DNA of 64,000 bases from Felis catus (lineage: Eukaryota): the NCBI RefSeq assembly GCF_018350175.1, contig NC_058379.1, forward strand, positions 94,116,001-94,180,000. Reading direction: 5' to 3'. The stretch's first letter is position 1; each line of letters begins with the position of its first letter. Below the pieces are notes generated by a model that was not told the DNA's origin, ran no database searches, and saw nothing but the letters and a program-made list of their open reading frames with translations. Below are positions 41,350-54,759 of this stretch, in pieces. The position numbers and the translations under genes are program-made.

Positions 41350-42400
41350 TCTAGCGAATGTGCGGCACGCCAGGAATAAAGGCACGAGGAAGGAGCACTG
41401 GACGGATTCTAACCTCACTTTTAAATTCTACCGCCAAACAGACAAGCAAAAGCAATGCCGGTGAAATGAGCAAGCTGATCACGGAACGCAACACGAAGCG
41501 GCGGAGCTGCGTTACCTTTTCGGCTATACTGTACAGGACCTCGTCCATCTTCATGCAAGTGGGGTCCCAGTCGTGTCCAAACCGGATGACGACCACCCGG
41601 TCTTCCTCCGAAAGGATGGCCTGGTCCACCTGCCAGCCGTTGTGCAAGTGCGGGAGCATGTACGACATCTTCAGGGCCGCTCGGGTACCTGCGGGACAGG
41701 AATTCCACGCACCCGCTCCTTCCCGCCAGACCGCACTGCCGGCAGGGGGGCCACGCGTGGCCCCCGCCCTCACCCCTCGGTCCCGCCGCGGGGAGGGCGC
41801 AAGGGCCAGCACGAGACCCTCGGAAGGGGGCCTGGACCGAGGGGACGCCCGGCGGGCCACCGCCCGGGAGCGGGGCCCCGAGGGGGTCTCCCCCCACCTC
41901 AGTTCCCCACCCCCTGCCTCCCCGGACCCCCGTCCACTCCCGCTCCAACCGCACGCACCTCTGACACCTAGAGAGTCCCGCGCTGCGGTCCTTCCGGGCG
42001 TGGACCCGCGCCGGACAGTGCGTGCGCGCCGACGTGAGCGTGCGCGTGCCCGCCGACGTGCGGCGCGCGTCCGGCGCAGCTGGGCGCGACGTCCGGAGCC
42101 GGGGGGTGCTGGAGTCTGCGCGCTGGCGGTGCGCTGGCGGTAGGTGGTCTCCGCGTGGGCAGCGCGAGCGGGGTTTTCCCGGGGAGCCGCCGCGGTTGAG
42201 AGGAGCCTGTCTTTACCAGACCTGCTGTCGGTCCCAGTCGGGCCCGTCAGAGACCCAACTTCACCGCGCCGCCACGGTGACCCCCCGGGGAGGGAGGGGG
42301 CCGACCGGACCAACGAGAAGGGTTCGGGTCTGGACGGAGAGGACGCCTGCTACGCTGGGCGGGCGGGGGGTGTGGGGGGTGGGCAGGGGGTACTGAACTG
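41350..42400. promoter_or_regulatory. CpG island / TXNL4A promoter
   Basis: GC/CpG-dense. It contains a duplicated cgtgc(g/c)cgccgacgtg motif at 42021-42036 and 42045-42060. Confidence 0.85.
41516..41668 (-). CDS. TXNL4A: TXNL4A coding exon 1
   Basis: MSYMLPHLHNGWQVDQAILSEEDRVVVIRFGHDWDPTCMKMDEVLYSIAEK|GTAACG. Confidence 0.98.
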
Positions 42401-43099
42401 AGGATCCCTGTGACTGCGGGGGAGGGACTGGACAGAGAGGACCACTTGACCTGAGGTGTGGGAATGGGAGCTGGACTGAGGACCCCCGTGACTCGGGGGG
42501 AGGGGGGACGGGGTGGACAGAGATGACCCCCGTGACTGGGGGTTGGAGGACCGCTGGACACAGAGGATGACATCGGGAGAAAGGCTTGTCCTGTTCACTT
42601 CCACACCAGGTCCCCAAATTAATCAGGGCGATCCTGCTTTCTGGACATAAATGCAGTTGATTGACGTGTGAAACCGATGTGTTCAGAAGAGCACTCCCCG
42701 CGGAGGGTCAGATCCTGCAGTGAGATAGAGCCAAGGTGGAAGTTACCCTTCCGACCGCACCACCTGAGCTGAGCTTGTAGCTCGGGCGGCACTAAGCCCC
42801 TTCGTGTTGTGGTGCAATATCCACCTCCAGATAACAATTCTTTGTTAACAAATTCTGCTGCAATCTCATTTGCATGCTACAAGATTTCATTCATTCAAGT
42901 TAAGGTGGTTTTTCTCTAGAGTCGTGGAACCTTGAGGCCTGGGTGGCTCAGCCGGTGGAACGTGGAACCTGGAACCTTGGACTCTTGATTTTGGCTTAGG
43001 TCATGACCCCAGATCATGGGATTCAGCCCTGTGTGGGGGCTCCCTGCTGAGTATGGAGCCTGCTTGGGATTCTCATTCTCTGTCTCGCTCTCAAAAAAA

Positions 43100-44750
43100 T
43101 AAAAAAGTGTGGGACCAACATTATGATCTATTTTTAGAACTTTTTCATCATCCTGAAAAAAATCTTGTACCCATTTGGCATCATTGCCATTTCCCTCATG
43201 ACCACTAACCTGTTTCCATCTCTGCAGATTTGCCTATTCTAGACATCTCAAGGGATCAAATGGAAATGTATGTAGTCTTTAATTTAAAAAAATTTTTAAT
43301 GTTTGTTTTTGAGAGGGAGACGGAGCACAAGCAGGGGAGGGGCGGAGAGAGGGAGACACAGAATCAGAAGCAGGCTCCAGGCCCCAAGATGTCAGCACAG
43401 CTGAACCCCTGAGCATTCGAACGCAGGAACCATGAGATCATGACCTGAACCGAAGTGAGGTGATTAACTGAGCCACCCAGGCGCCCCCGTGACTGCTTTC
43501 ATTTAGCATAATGATCTTAAGGTTCATATTGTAGCAGGCGTCAGGATTTAGTTCCTTTTTATTGATGGTTAACATTCCATTATATGGATACACTGCATTT
43601 TATTTATCAGCTAATTAACATTTGGGTTGTTTCCATTTCTTGGCTATTATGAACAATGCTGCTATGAACAATGTGTATAAATTTTTGTATGGATATAAGT
43701 TTTATTTCTCTGACTATATATGAGTGGAATCGTTTTGTCTTATAGTAAGTACGTTTGACATTTTGTGGCATTGCAAGTTGTTTTCAAAAGTGGCTGCACC
43801 TTTTAACGTTTCCAACAGCAATGTGTGAGGGGTTTGATGTCTCCACATCTTTACCTACACTTGTTATTTGTGTATTTTTTATTATGACATCCTGGTAGAT
43901 ATGAAGTGATACTGTTGCTTGACTTGCATTTCCCTGATGGTTAGCGATATAGAGAGCATTTTTCATGTACTTTTTCTCCATTTGGAGAAATTTCTGTTCA
44001 TATCCTTTGCCCAATAAAAAATATGGATTACTTATGTTTATTATTGAGTTTTTTAAAGTTTATTTATTTTGTGAGAGAGAGGGGGGAGACGGGCACACAG
44101 AGAGAATTCCAGGGAGGCTGTGTGCACTCAGTGCAGATCCCAACAAGGGGCTCCACCTCTCATGAACTATGAGATGATGACCTGAATTGAAACCAAGAGT
44201 CGCATGCTTAACAGACTGAGCCTCCCTTATTATTAAGTTTTAAGAGTTTCATTACGTATATAATTTAAAAATATTTCTTCCCATTCTGTTGATTGACTTC
44301 ACTTTTTATTGCTATCATTTGCAGCACAAAAGTTTTAAATTTTCATGAGGTCCAATTCATCTATTTAGTTGTTTGTGCATTTGGTATCATATCTAAGAAA
44401 CCATTGCCTCACTTAAGGTTGTGAACATTTCCTCCTGCATTCTTCTTAGAGTTTTATAATTTTAACCTTTTTTTTTTAAGTAAGTTCTAGGCCAATGTGG
44501 AACTTGAACTCGAGACCTGGAGATCAAGGGTTGTATGCTCCACAGACTGAGCCAGCCAGGTGCCCCCGTTAACTTTTACATTTAGGTCTATGATCACTTT
44601 GAGTTAACTTTTATGTATAAGGTGTCCAACTTCACTCTTTTGCATGTGGCCATCCAGTTGTTCTGGTACCATTTTTTGGAAAGATTATTCTTTCCCTATG
44701 AAATTGCCTTGGCACCCTTATTGAAAATCAATTGACTTTATTGTTTTATA
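43100..44750 (-). mobile_element. Old L1M 3'/ORF2 fragment interrupted by SINEs
   Basis: Antisense L1 motifs (ctattatgaacaatgctgctatgaac..., ttttccctatgaaattgccttggcaccc). Confidence 0.8.
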
Positions 44751-46200
44751 TTATTTTTAAATTTTTAAATATTTTTATTTTCCATGCTAACAAACACAAT
44801 ATGATGTGCCAGGCACTCTTCACAGTACTCTATAGGGGAACTCTGTGTGGGAACATGGAACCCACACAACAGCCCTATAAGATAATTGTGCTATGGTTAT
44901 CATCCCCAGATGAAATGACTGGATGGAGAAACCAAACCCCCAAGTGTTTCCGTATCTTTTTCAAGATAACCAGCTGGTAAATGGCAAAGCAGGTTTGAAC
45001 CTCTATGCTGTTTTAAAAATTTCCATTGTTTTCTTTATTTGAGTATGAACCATGTTCATAGGTTTTAAGCTTGATCATTAGAATTTTCATTTGCCATCAC
45101 CAGTGGGTGGCCCTAATTGAAAATAGTTTTAAATATTATATTTTTTCTTCAAATTTTTACTTAAATTCTGGTTAATTAACATATGGTGTAATACTGTTTT
45201 CAAGAGCATAATTTAGTGATTTGTCACTTACATGTAACACCCACTGCTCAACATGACAAGTGCCCTCCTTAATGCCAATCACCCATCTCGCCCATCCCCC
45301 ACCCATGTCCCTCCAGCAATCCTGTTTGTTCTATTTAAGAGTCTCTTATGGTTTGTTTCCTTCTCTTTTCTTCCCCCTTCCCATATGTTCATCTGTTTTG
45401 TTTCTTAAATTGCACATATGAGTTAAATCATGGTATTAGTGTTTCTCTGACTTATTTCACTTAGCATAATACACTCTAGCTCCATCCACATCATTGCAAA
45501 TGGCAAGATTTCATTCCTTTTGACAGCTGAGTAATATTCTACTGTATATACATACATCACGTCTTTTTTTTTTTATTTCACTTAGAGCATGCACACACAT
45601 GCATATGTATGACTGGAGGAAGGGCAGAGAGAGGGGGAGAGAGAATCCCAAGGAGGCTCCACACTGTCAACATGGAGCCCAACGTGGGGTTCGGTCTCAT
45701 GAACCTTGAGATGCATCCCACCACATCTTTATCCGTTCATCAGTTGATAGACATTTGGCTCCTTCCATAGTTTGGCTATTGTTAATAATGCTGCTATAAA
45801 CATTGAGGTGCATGTGTCTTCTTCGAATCATCATTTTTGTATCCTTTGGGTAAATACCTAGTAGTGCAATTGCTGGGTCATGGGGTAGTTCTATTTTTAA
45901 CTTTTTGGGGACCCTCCGTACTCTTTTTCAGAGCGGCTGCACCAGTTTGCATTCCCACCAACAGTGCAAGAGGGTTCCCCTTTCTCTGCATCCCTACCAA
46001 CATCTGTTGTGCCTTGTGTTGTTAATTTTAGCCATTCTGACAGGTGTGATGTGAACATCTTTTCATGTGTCTGTTAGCCATCTGGATGTCTTCTTTGGAA
46101 AAAAAGCCTATTTGTGTCTTCTGCCCATTTCTTAACTGGATTGTTTGTTTTTTGGGTTTTAAGTTTGATATGGTTTTTTTTTTTAGTATTTTTTTTTAAT

Positions 46201-46413
46201 TTTTTTTCAATGTTTTTTATTTATTTTTGGGACAGAGAGAGACAGAGCATGAATGGGGGAGGGTCAGAGAGAGAGGGAGACACAGAATCGGAAACAGGCT
46301 CCAGGCTCTGAGCCATCAGCCCAGAGCCTGACGCGGGGCTCGAACTCACGGACTGCGAGATCGTGACCTGGCTAAAGTCGGACGCTTAACCGACTGCGCC
46401 ACCCAGGCGCCCC
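46201..46413 (-). mobile_element. Young SINEC_Fc inserted in the tail of an older SINE (46431-46629), itself inside L1
   Basis: TSD gtatttttttttaat at 46186-46200 and 46416-46430. The outer SINE has TSD agtttgata. Confidence 0.88.
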
Positions 46414-46960
46414 TGGTATTTTTTTTTAATGCTTATTTATTTTTGAGAAAGAGACAGAGACAGCATGAGCAGGGGTGGGGTAGAGAGGGAGGGAGACACA
46501 GAATCCAAAGCAGGCTGCAGGCTCTGAGCTGTCAGCACAGAGCCTGACGTGGGGCTCGAACTCACAAGCCGTGAGATCATGACCTGAGCTGAAGCTGGAC
46601 ACCTAACCAACTGAGCCACCCAGGCGCCCTGAGTTTGATAAGTTCTTTATATATTTTGGATACTAACCCTTTATCAGATACGTCATTTGCAAATATCTGC
46701 TCTCATTCCATAGGCTGCCTTTTAGTTTTGTTGTTTCCTTTGCTGTGCAAAAGCTTTTTATCTTGATGAGGTCCCAATAGTTCATTTTTGCTTTGGTTTC
46801 CCTTGCCTCTGTCGATGTGTCTAGAAAGAAGTTGCTCTGGCTGAGGTCAAAAAGATCTTTTCCTGTTTTCTCCTCTAGGATTTTGATGGTTTCCTGTCTC
46901 ACATTTAGGTCTTTCTTCCCTTTTGAATTTACTTTCGTGTATGGTGTAAGAAAGTGGTAC

Positions 46961-47227
46961 TGTTATGGAAACTGGTCTGGATCACCCGGCAGAAGAACCA
47001 AGCAGCACTCGGAGATCTTGGAAGGCAGGAGGTTTAGTTTACACCGGTGGGCTCAGAGGAGATCATTCTCCAGAGGTGTGAGCCCAGAGCATCAGCAGCC
47101 GGATGATTTATAGTCTGTTGGAGTGTGGCAAGTGGGATGGGAAGAAAAACCCGGAAGGGGAGTCTTTAGGCAGGGACTGGAATCCCCCTGTCCTGTCAGC
47201 CGTCTTATAACAGACTTCTCCCTATCA
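46961..47227 (-). mobile_element. 267-bp solo LTR (ERV1-like) inserted into L1
   Basis: TG...CA termini and an exact 4-bp TSD GTAC (46957-46960, 47228-47231). L1 sequence resumes seamlessly. Minus-strand CTATAAAT at 47113-47106. Confidence 0.8.
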
Positions 47228-50200
47228 GTACAGTTTCATTCTTCTGCATGTTGCTGTCCAGTTTTCCCATTTCCATTTGCTGAAGAGATGTCTTTTTTCC
47301 ATTAGATACTCTCCTGCTTTGTCAAAGACTGATTGACCATACTGTTGTGGGTCCATTTCTGGGTTNNNNNNNNNNNNNNNNNNNNNNNNNNNNNNNNNNN
47401 NNNNNNNNNNNNNNNNNNNNNNNNNNNNNNNNNNNNNNNNNNNNNNNNNNNNNNNNNNNNNNNNNNNNNNNNNNNNNNNNNNNNNNNNNNNNNNNNNNNN
47501 NNNNNNNNNNNNNNNNNNNNNNNNNNNNNNNNNNNNNNNNNNNNNNNNNNNNNNNNNNGCTGTTCTGGGTCCCTTGCATTTCCATATGAACTTTAGGATT
47601 AGCTTGTCAATTTCTGCAAAAAAAAGGTACCTAGGATTTTGATAGGGATTGTGCTAACTCTGTACACCATTTAGAGAATACCATATTACCATCCTAACGA
47701 TGTTAAGTCTTCCATGGTTATAGGATGTCTTTCCATTTATGTAGGTCTTCTTTATTTCTATAACTTTTATATTTTCCAGTGTTCACATCTTGCACTTTTT
47801 TTTAGGAGGAGGTAAAATTTATCCCTAAGTATTCTTTTTTGATGATATTTAAATGGAATTGTTATTTTAAATATTTTCAGATTATTCATGACTAGTGTAT
47901 AGAAATACAATTGATTATTATTATTTTCTCCTGTTTATTTTTGAGAAAGAGCTCGCATGTGCTTGAGAGCAGGGAAGGGGCAGAGAGACGGGTACAGAGG
48001 ATCCAAAGTGGGCTCTGTGCTGAAAGCAGAGAGCCCGATCTGGGGCTGGAACTCAAGAATCGTGAGGTCATGACCTGAGCTGAAGTCGGGGGCTTAACCA
48101 ACTGAACCACCCAGGTGCCCCAGAAATACGATTGGTTTTTGTATACTGATCTTGCATTCTGCAATCTTGGTGAACCATCCATTACTTGGAAAAGTTCTTT
48201 ATTTGCATTCCTTAGGATTTTCCCTACATAAGATCTTGCCATCTGGAGATAAGCACAGTTTTACTTCTTGTTTTTCAGTCTGGATGTTTTTTTTTTCGTT
48301 GCCTAACTGCCCTGGCTGGGACGTGCAGTACAATGTTGAATAGAAGTGGCGACAGCAAGCATCTCTTGTTCCTGATTTTAGGGGGAAAGCATTGAGACTT
48401 TCACTATTAAGTATGAGGCTTGCTACGGGTTTTTCACAAATGCCATTTATGAGGTTGAGGAAATTCTGTTCTTATTTTATTGAGAGTTTTTTGTCTTGTT
48501 TCTTATGAAAAGTTGTTAGGTTTTGTGAAATGCTTTTTATGCCTCTGTTGAGATGATCATGTGGGTTTTGTCTTTTATTCCCTTAATATGGAGTATTCCA
48601 TTGACTTTTGTATGTTAAATCAAATTTGCATTCCTGGAAAAATCCTATTAGGTCACATTAACTTTTAACAATATATTGCTGGAATAAGTTTGCTAGTGTT
48701 TTTTGAAGATTTTGTGTCTAATTCATAAGACATATCAGTGTGTAGTTTTCTTGTTGTCTTTGTTTGATTTTGCTGATAGTGGCCCCGTAGACTGACTTGA
48801 AAAGCCAACAATATAGGCAAGAAAAATTGGTTATTTGGCCAAAGCTCCTCATCTTTCCTTCCATTCATTCACAACATATCCGATCATCTAGAAAATGGAA
48901 ATAAGTAGGCTAAATCATTCTGAGTGAATCAGACTGCTTGAATTACATCTTATCGTTAGAAATTGAATTCTTCATTTAAAAAATGACTAAACATAAGCAT
49001 TAAGTATTGCTTTCTGGAATTCTCAAGAGCAAGACAGATATTTGGAAGGAGCAGGTGTCCCTGTGTGTCGAATTGTGAAAGGATACATGTGTCTAAACAG
49101 AGTGCCCCTTCCTTCAGAGCAACTGGCCTGAGTTAAGTTGAGGAAGAGAGCAATTTGACTGAACTAATTGTTACTGATGAAAAGTGACTGGAGAGCCTTA
49201 TAACCCTCCCAGAGGAATTTTCATTTTTAAAAGAAAAAATGTTTTAAGTCAGATGTAAGACAATGTTAAAGTGAGACTTTCCTCTCTCTCAAATTTCAGC
49301 AGAGGCCCCAAACTGAAAATAAATGATTTAAAATGCTTACACGTTTCAGGGGCGCCTTGGTGGCTCAGTCGGCTGAGCATCTGACTCTTGATTTCGGCTC
49401 AGGTCATGATCCTACAGTCTGTGGGTTCCAGCCCCACATCAGGCTCTTCACTGACAGCGTGGAGTCAGTTTGGGGTTCTCTCTGCCACTCCCCCCTTGTG
49501 CTTTCTCTCTCAAAATAAATAAACTTAAAATTTTTTTAAATAAAATAAAATGCTTACATGTTTCAGAGCAAGAGGCCACACTGGCTTTCTCCAGATCCTG
49601 CAGAAGAAAGAATAATTTGCATATCGTTTGTCCATCACTCCTTAGGATACATAAGAGGAAGTGCAAAAATGTTTTGGGGAACAGTGTGACATCATTTCTT
49701 TGGAGGAAGCTGTGCACATGTGTATTTCCATGTGCATTCTCTTCCCTTTGGAAAAGAAAGGGGTATTCCACCCCACCTCAAGCCAAGCAAAGGAGCCCCA
49801 AAAGAATCCCTCACTTTAAAAAAATTTTTTAATGTTTATTTTTGTTGAGAGAGGGAAGGAGCAGGGGAGGGGCAGAGAGAGAGACACACAGAATCCAAAG
49901 CAGGCTCCAGGCTCTGAGCTGTCAGCACAGAGCCTGACGCGGGGCTCAAACTCACCAATAGCAAGATTATGACCTGAGCCGAAGTCAGACGCTCAACCAA
50001 CTGAGCCACCCAGGTGCCCCTCTAAAGCTTTTATTTACTTATTTTTGAGAGAAAGAGAGAATTGGGGAGGGACAGAGAGAGAGAGGGAGACAGAGGATCT
50101 GAAGCGGGCTCTGTGCTACAGCAGAGAGCCCAACGCAGGGCTCGAACTCAGGAACTGTGAGGTCATGACCCGAGCTGAAGGCAGACGCTTAACCTACTGA

Positions 50201-50660
50201 GCCACACAGGTGCCCCAAGACCTCCTCACTTTGGGTAGGAGATGGTCAGGAGGGAAAGAACCTGCCACCTAGTAGTGAAAGTTTGCTTAGCTGTAGAAAT
50301 CTCTATGTCCAGACCTGCTGAAGGGACCCGAGTTGAACTCTTGGGAGAAACTCTCCAATTTATAGAGTATGTTCTCTATGAAAGTGGCCAATGCTCAACC
50401 TTATACTAAGAGAAATGCAATTATCCCATTGCAGGAAAATGGATAAACTGAGGTGTACTTATTGGCACATATAGCTGCAAAGAGGAATGAGTGTACCTCG
50501 ACGTATAAACAGGCATGAATCTCACAGACTAATAAACTTAGAAGAAGCAGATCACCAAAGGCTACACAAGGTGCAATTCCGTGAACATAAAATGCAAAAA
50601 TATGCCAGACCAAGCCACACGTTGTTTAGGCTACTTTTACCTCTCTCTCTTATCTATCTG

Positions 50661-52303
50661 GAGGCACACTCGTTTTACTGCGCTTCACAGATGCTGCATT
50701 TTGTACACATGGAAGGTCTGTGGCAAGTCTGTCGGTGCCACTTTTCCAACAGCGTTTGCTCACTTCCAGTCTTTCGTGTTTTGGTAATTCTCGCAGTAGT
50801 CCAGATTGTTTCATTATTGTATTTGTCGTGGTGATCTGTGATTAGTGATCTTTGATGTTACTTTTGTAATGTTTTGGAGCACCGTGATCTGTGCCCGTAT
50901 TGAAACCAGTAACCAAAGGGAGACTGCGGATAATCCGCACAGCGGCAACTTTGCGCCCAGACCTTTTTGTGTGCCTTTACATGTCTCCGACCCCTCCTTT
51001 GGGGAGACGGACGGGGAGGTTGTCCTCCACGTCTTTGTTTGGCTGCCCCTCCAGCAAACTCTTTCCTGGCTGCATACTTGGTGTCTCAGTGTTTGTGTCT
51101 GCTGTGTGCTGGGCAGACACCTGGGTTCCATTACAGGATAAGGTGGTGAACTTCGTTGGCGAAAGTGTGTACCCTGACTCTTCCGCCCTCTGGCCGTTCC
51201 CCATTTCTCTCCCTCTCGACCGGCCTCCCTATTCCCTGAGACACCACAATATTGAGCGTAGGCCCGTTAATAACACTCTGGCCTCTCAGTGTTCAAGTGA
51301 AAGGAAGAGTCGCACGACTCTCACTTTAAATCAAAAGTTAGAGATGACTAAGGTTAGTGAGGAAGGCGTTTCGAAAGCTGAGGTAGACCAAAAGTTAGGC
51401 GTCTTTGTGCCAAACAGTCCAGTTGTGAATGCAAAGGAATGTTTTTGAAGGAAGTTAGAAAGTTCTGCTCCAGTGAACTCACAAATGTTAAGAAAGCAGA
51501 ACAGCCTTATTGCCGATACAGAGAAAGCTTGGTCTGGATAGAAGTGAAACCAGCCATGACATTCCCGTAAGCCAAAGCCTAATCCAGAGCAAGGTCCTAA
51601 CTCTTGTCAGTTCTGTGGAGGCTGAGAGAGGCGAGGAAGCTGCGGAAGAAAAATTTGGAGCTAGCAGAGGCTGGCTCTGAGGCTTAAGGAAAGAAGTCAT
51701 CTCGATAACATACAAGTATAAAGTGAAGCAGCGAGTGCTGATGTAGAAGCTGCAGAAAATTCTCCAGAAGATCTAGTGGAGATAATTTACCAAGGTGGCT
51801 ACTAACCAACAGATTGTCAATGTAGATGAAGCAGTCGTCTGTTGGAAGAACATGCCATCTAGGACTTTAAGCTGGAGAGGAGAAGTCAATGCCTGGCTTC
51901 ACACTTCAAAAGGCAGACTCGCTCTCTTGTTAGGGGCTAAAGTCCCCGGTGACTTTTAAGTTGAAGCCGGTGCTCATTGTCCTTTCCGAAAATCATGAAG
52001 TATTATGCTGTATGTACTCTGCCTGCTCTAGAAATGCAACAACAAAGCCTGGATGACAGCACACCTGTTTACAACATGGTTCACTAAATAGTTTAAATCC
52101 ACTGTTGAGACCTACCACTCAGAAAAAAAAGATTCCTTCTAAAACATTGCTGCTCATTGACAATGCACCTGGTCACCCAAGAGCCCTGATGGCTATGTGC
52201 GATGAGATTAGTGTTGTTTTCCTGACTGCGAACACAACATCCATTCTGTAGACCACGGATCAAGGATAATTTCAACTTTCAGATCTTTTTAAGAAATACA
52301 TTT
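50661..52303 (+). mobile_element. Tigger1 (TcMar/pogo) DNA transposon, 5' part with decayed transposase
   Basis: 5' end gaggcacactcgttttactgcgc..., transposase N-terminus ASQCSSERKSRTTLTLNQKLEMTKVSEEGVSKAE, and a later DDE-region motif ([10 protein letters not shown]). It has frameshifts and stops. Confidence 0.92.
50901..51135 (+). mobile_element. ~235-bp LTR-like insertion within Tigger1
   Basis: TG...CA termini (tgaaacc...ccattaca) with imperfect TSD gtat/ggat. Tigger1 continues on both sides. Confidence 0.6.
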
Positions 52304-52859
52304 TGGGGCGCCTGAGTGGCTCAGTCAGTTGGGCGTCCGACTTCGGCTCAGGTCATGATCTCGTGGTCCGTGAGTTCGAGCCTCGCGTCGGGCTGTGTGC
52401 TGACAGTTCGGAGCCTGGAGCCTGTTTCGGATTCTGTGTCTCCCTCTCTCTCTGACCCTCCCCTGCNNNNNNNNNNNNNNNNNNNNNNNNNNNNNNNNNN
52501 NNNNNNNNNNNNNNNNNNNNNNNNNNNNNNNNNNNNNNNNNNNNNNNNNNNNNNNNNNNNNNNNNNNNNNNNNNNNNNNNNNNNNNNNNNNNNNNNNNNN
52601 NNNNNNNNNNNNNNNNNNNNNNNNNNNNNNNNNNNNNNNNNNNNNNNNNNNNNNNNNNNGTGGCTTAGTCCGTTGAACTTCCGACTCCAGCTTAGGTCAT
52701 CATCTCACAGACGATGAGTTCGAGCCCCACATTGGTCTTGCTGCTGTCAGCAAAGAGCCCACCTCAAATCCTCTGTCTCCCTCTCTCTGCCCCTCCCCTG
52801 CTTGCACTCTCTCAAAACTGAATAAAAAATTAAAAAAAAAAATTCGTGTCCCCCCCCCC

Positions 52860-54420
52860 AAATAAAATACCTAGGAATAAACTTACCCTAAGAGGTGAAA
52901 GACCTGTACTCTGAAAACTATAGAACATTGATAAAAGAAATTGAAGATGATGCATAAGAAATAGACATTTTGTGCTTGTGGATTGGAAGAACAAATATTG
53001 TTAAATATCTACACTGCCTAAAGCAATCTACAAATCTAAATCAATCCCTACCAAAATACCAACAGCATGTTTCACAGAACTAGAACAAACAATCCTAAAA
53101 TTTGTATGGAACCACAAAGACTCTGAATAGATAGCCAAAGCAATCTTGAAAAAGAAAAAGAAAACTGGAGGTATCAAAACTCCAGGCGTCAAGTTATATG
53201 ACAAAGCTGTAGTAATCAAAACAGCATGTTACTGACACAAAAATAGACACATAGATCAATGGAACAGAATAGAAAGTCCAGAAGTAAGCCCACATTTATA
53301 TGGTCAATTAATCTTCAACAAAGGAGGAAAGAATATGCAATGGGAAAAAAGACAGTCTCTTCTTTGGTGTTGGAAAATGGTGCTGGGAAAACTGGACCAC
53401 TTTCTTACACCGTACACGAATATAAACTCAATATGGATTAAAGACCTAAATGTGAGACCTGAAACTATAAAAATCGTAGAAGAGAACACAGGCAGTAATT
53501 TCTCCAATATTGGTCATAGCAACATCTTTCTAGATACGTTTCCGGAGGCGAGGGAAACAAAAGCAAAAATAAACTGTTGGGATTACATCAAAACAAAAAG
53601 CTTCTGCACAGCAAAGGAAACAACCAACAAAACTAAAAGACAACCTACTGAATGGGAGAAGATATTTGCAAACGACATGTCCAATAAAGGGTTAGTATCC
53701 AAAATATGTAAGGAACTCACACAAAACTCAACACCCAAAAAACAATCCAATTANNNNNNNNNNNNNNNNNNNNNNNNNNNNNNNNNNNNNNNNNNNNNNN
53801 NNNNNNNNNNNNNNNNNNNNNNNNNNNNNNNNNNNNNNNNNNNNNNNNNNNNNNNNNNNNNNNNNNNNNNNNNNNNNNNNNNNNNNNNNNNNNNNNNNNN
53901 NNNNNNCAAAAACANNNNNNNNNNNNNNNNNNNNNNNNNNNNNNNNNNNNNNNNNNNNNNNNNNNNNNNNNNNNNNNNNNNNNNNNNNNNNNNNNNNNNN
54001 NNNNNNNNNNNNNNNNNNNNNNNNNNNNNNNNNNNNNNNNNNNNNNNNNTGATTCAGGAATTGCTCTAGTGGGTATTTGCCCAAAGAATACAAAAACACT
54101 AATTCAAAGGGATTTGTCCTATGTTTATTGCAACATTATGTACAATAGCCAAACTATGAAAGCAACCCAAGTGTCCAAGTGTCCATTGATAAGTGAATGA
54201 ATAAAAAAGATATGATATATATATGATATATCACATATTCATATTTATATGAATATTTTTCAGCCATTAAGAAGAACAAAATGTTGCCATTTGCAACAAC
54301 ATGGATGGATCTAGAAAGTATAATGCTAAGTGAAATAAACAAGTCAGAGAAACACAAATACCATATAATAATTTCACTCAAATGTGGAACTTAAGAAACA
54401 AAACAAATGAACAAAGGGAA
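52860..54420 (+). mobile_element. L1 ORF2 C-terminal part and 3' UTR, with N gaps (53754-53906, 53915-54049)
   Basis: [35 protein letters not shown]...[37 protein letters not shown]. Confidence 0.92.
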
Positions 54421-54759
54421 AACAAGACAAACCAAAATACTCCTTTTTTAAAAAAAAGTTAAAAAAAAGTTTGTTTAAGTAGTCTCTACACCCAACATGG
54501 AGCTCAAACTCAGAACCCCGATATCAAGGGTCACATGCTCTTTCAACTGAACCAGCCAGGTGCCCCAAACACTCTTAACTATAGAGAACATGCTGGTGGT
54601 GACCAGAGAGGAGTTGGATGGGGTGATGGGTGAAATAGGTGAAGGGGATAAAAACACTTGATGAGCACTGAGTACTGTATGGAACCGTTGGATCACTATA
54701 TTGTACACCTGAAACTGATAGACCACTGTATGTTAACTACACTGGAATTAGCATTTTTT

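Larger units (their letters stand above)
45140..48780 (-). mobile_element. Carnivore L1 (3' end and ORF2 fragments) carrying nested SINEs, a solo LTR and an N gap (47366-47558)
   Basis: Antisense ORF2 text in the ORF track (MRQETIKILEEKTGK...[22 protein letters not shown]) and carnivore-type 3' UTR. Confidence 0.85.

Noticed and set aside
41351-42313. 320-aa minus-strand and 261-aa plus-strand ORFs over TXNL4A exon 1
   Set aside because: These are CpG-island read-through. Only 41516-41668 matches Dim1, and it is bounded by a canonical donor.
50891-51448. 185-aa ORF ending in Tigger transposase residues, as a possible domesticated TIGD-like gene
   Set aside because: It is a chance fusion of LTR-like insert and decayed Tigger1, and the transposase is truncated by frameshifts and stops.
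54235-54256. AT-rich perfect inverted repeat (atattcatat-tt-atatgaatat)
   Set aside because: It is a low-complexity expansion within an L1 3' region.
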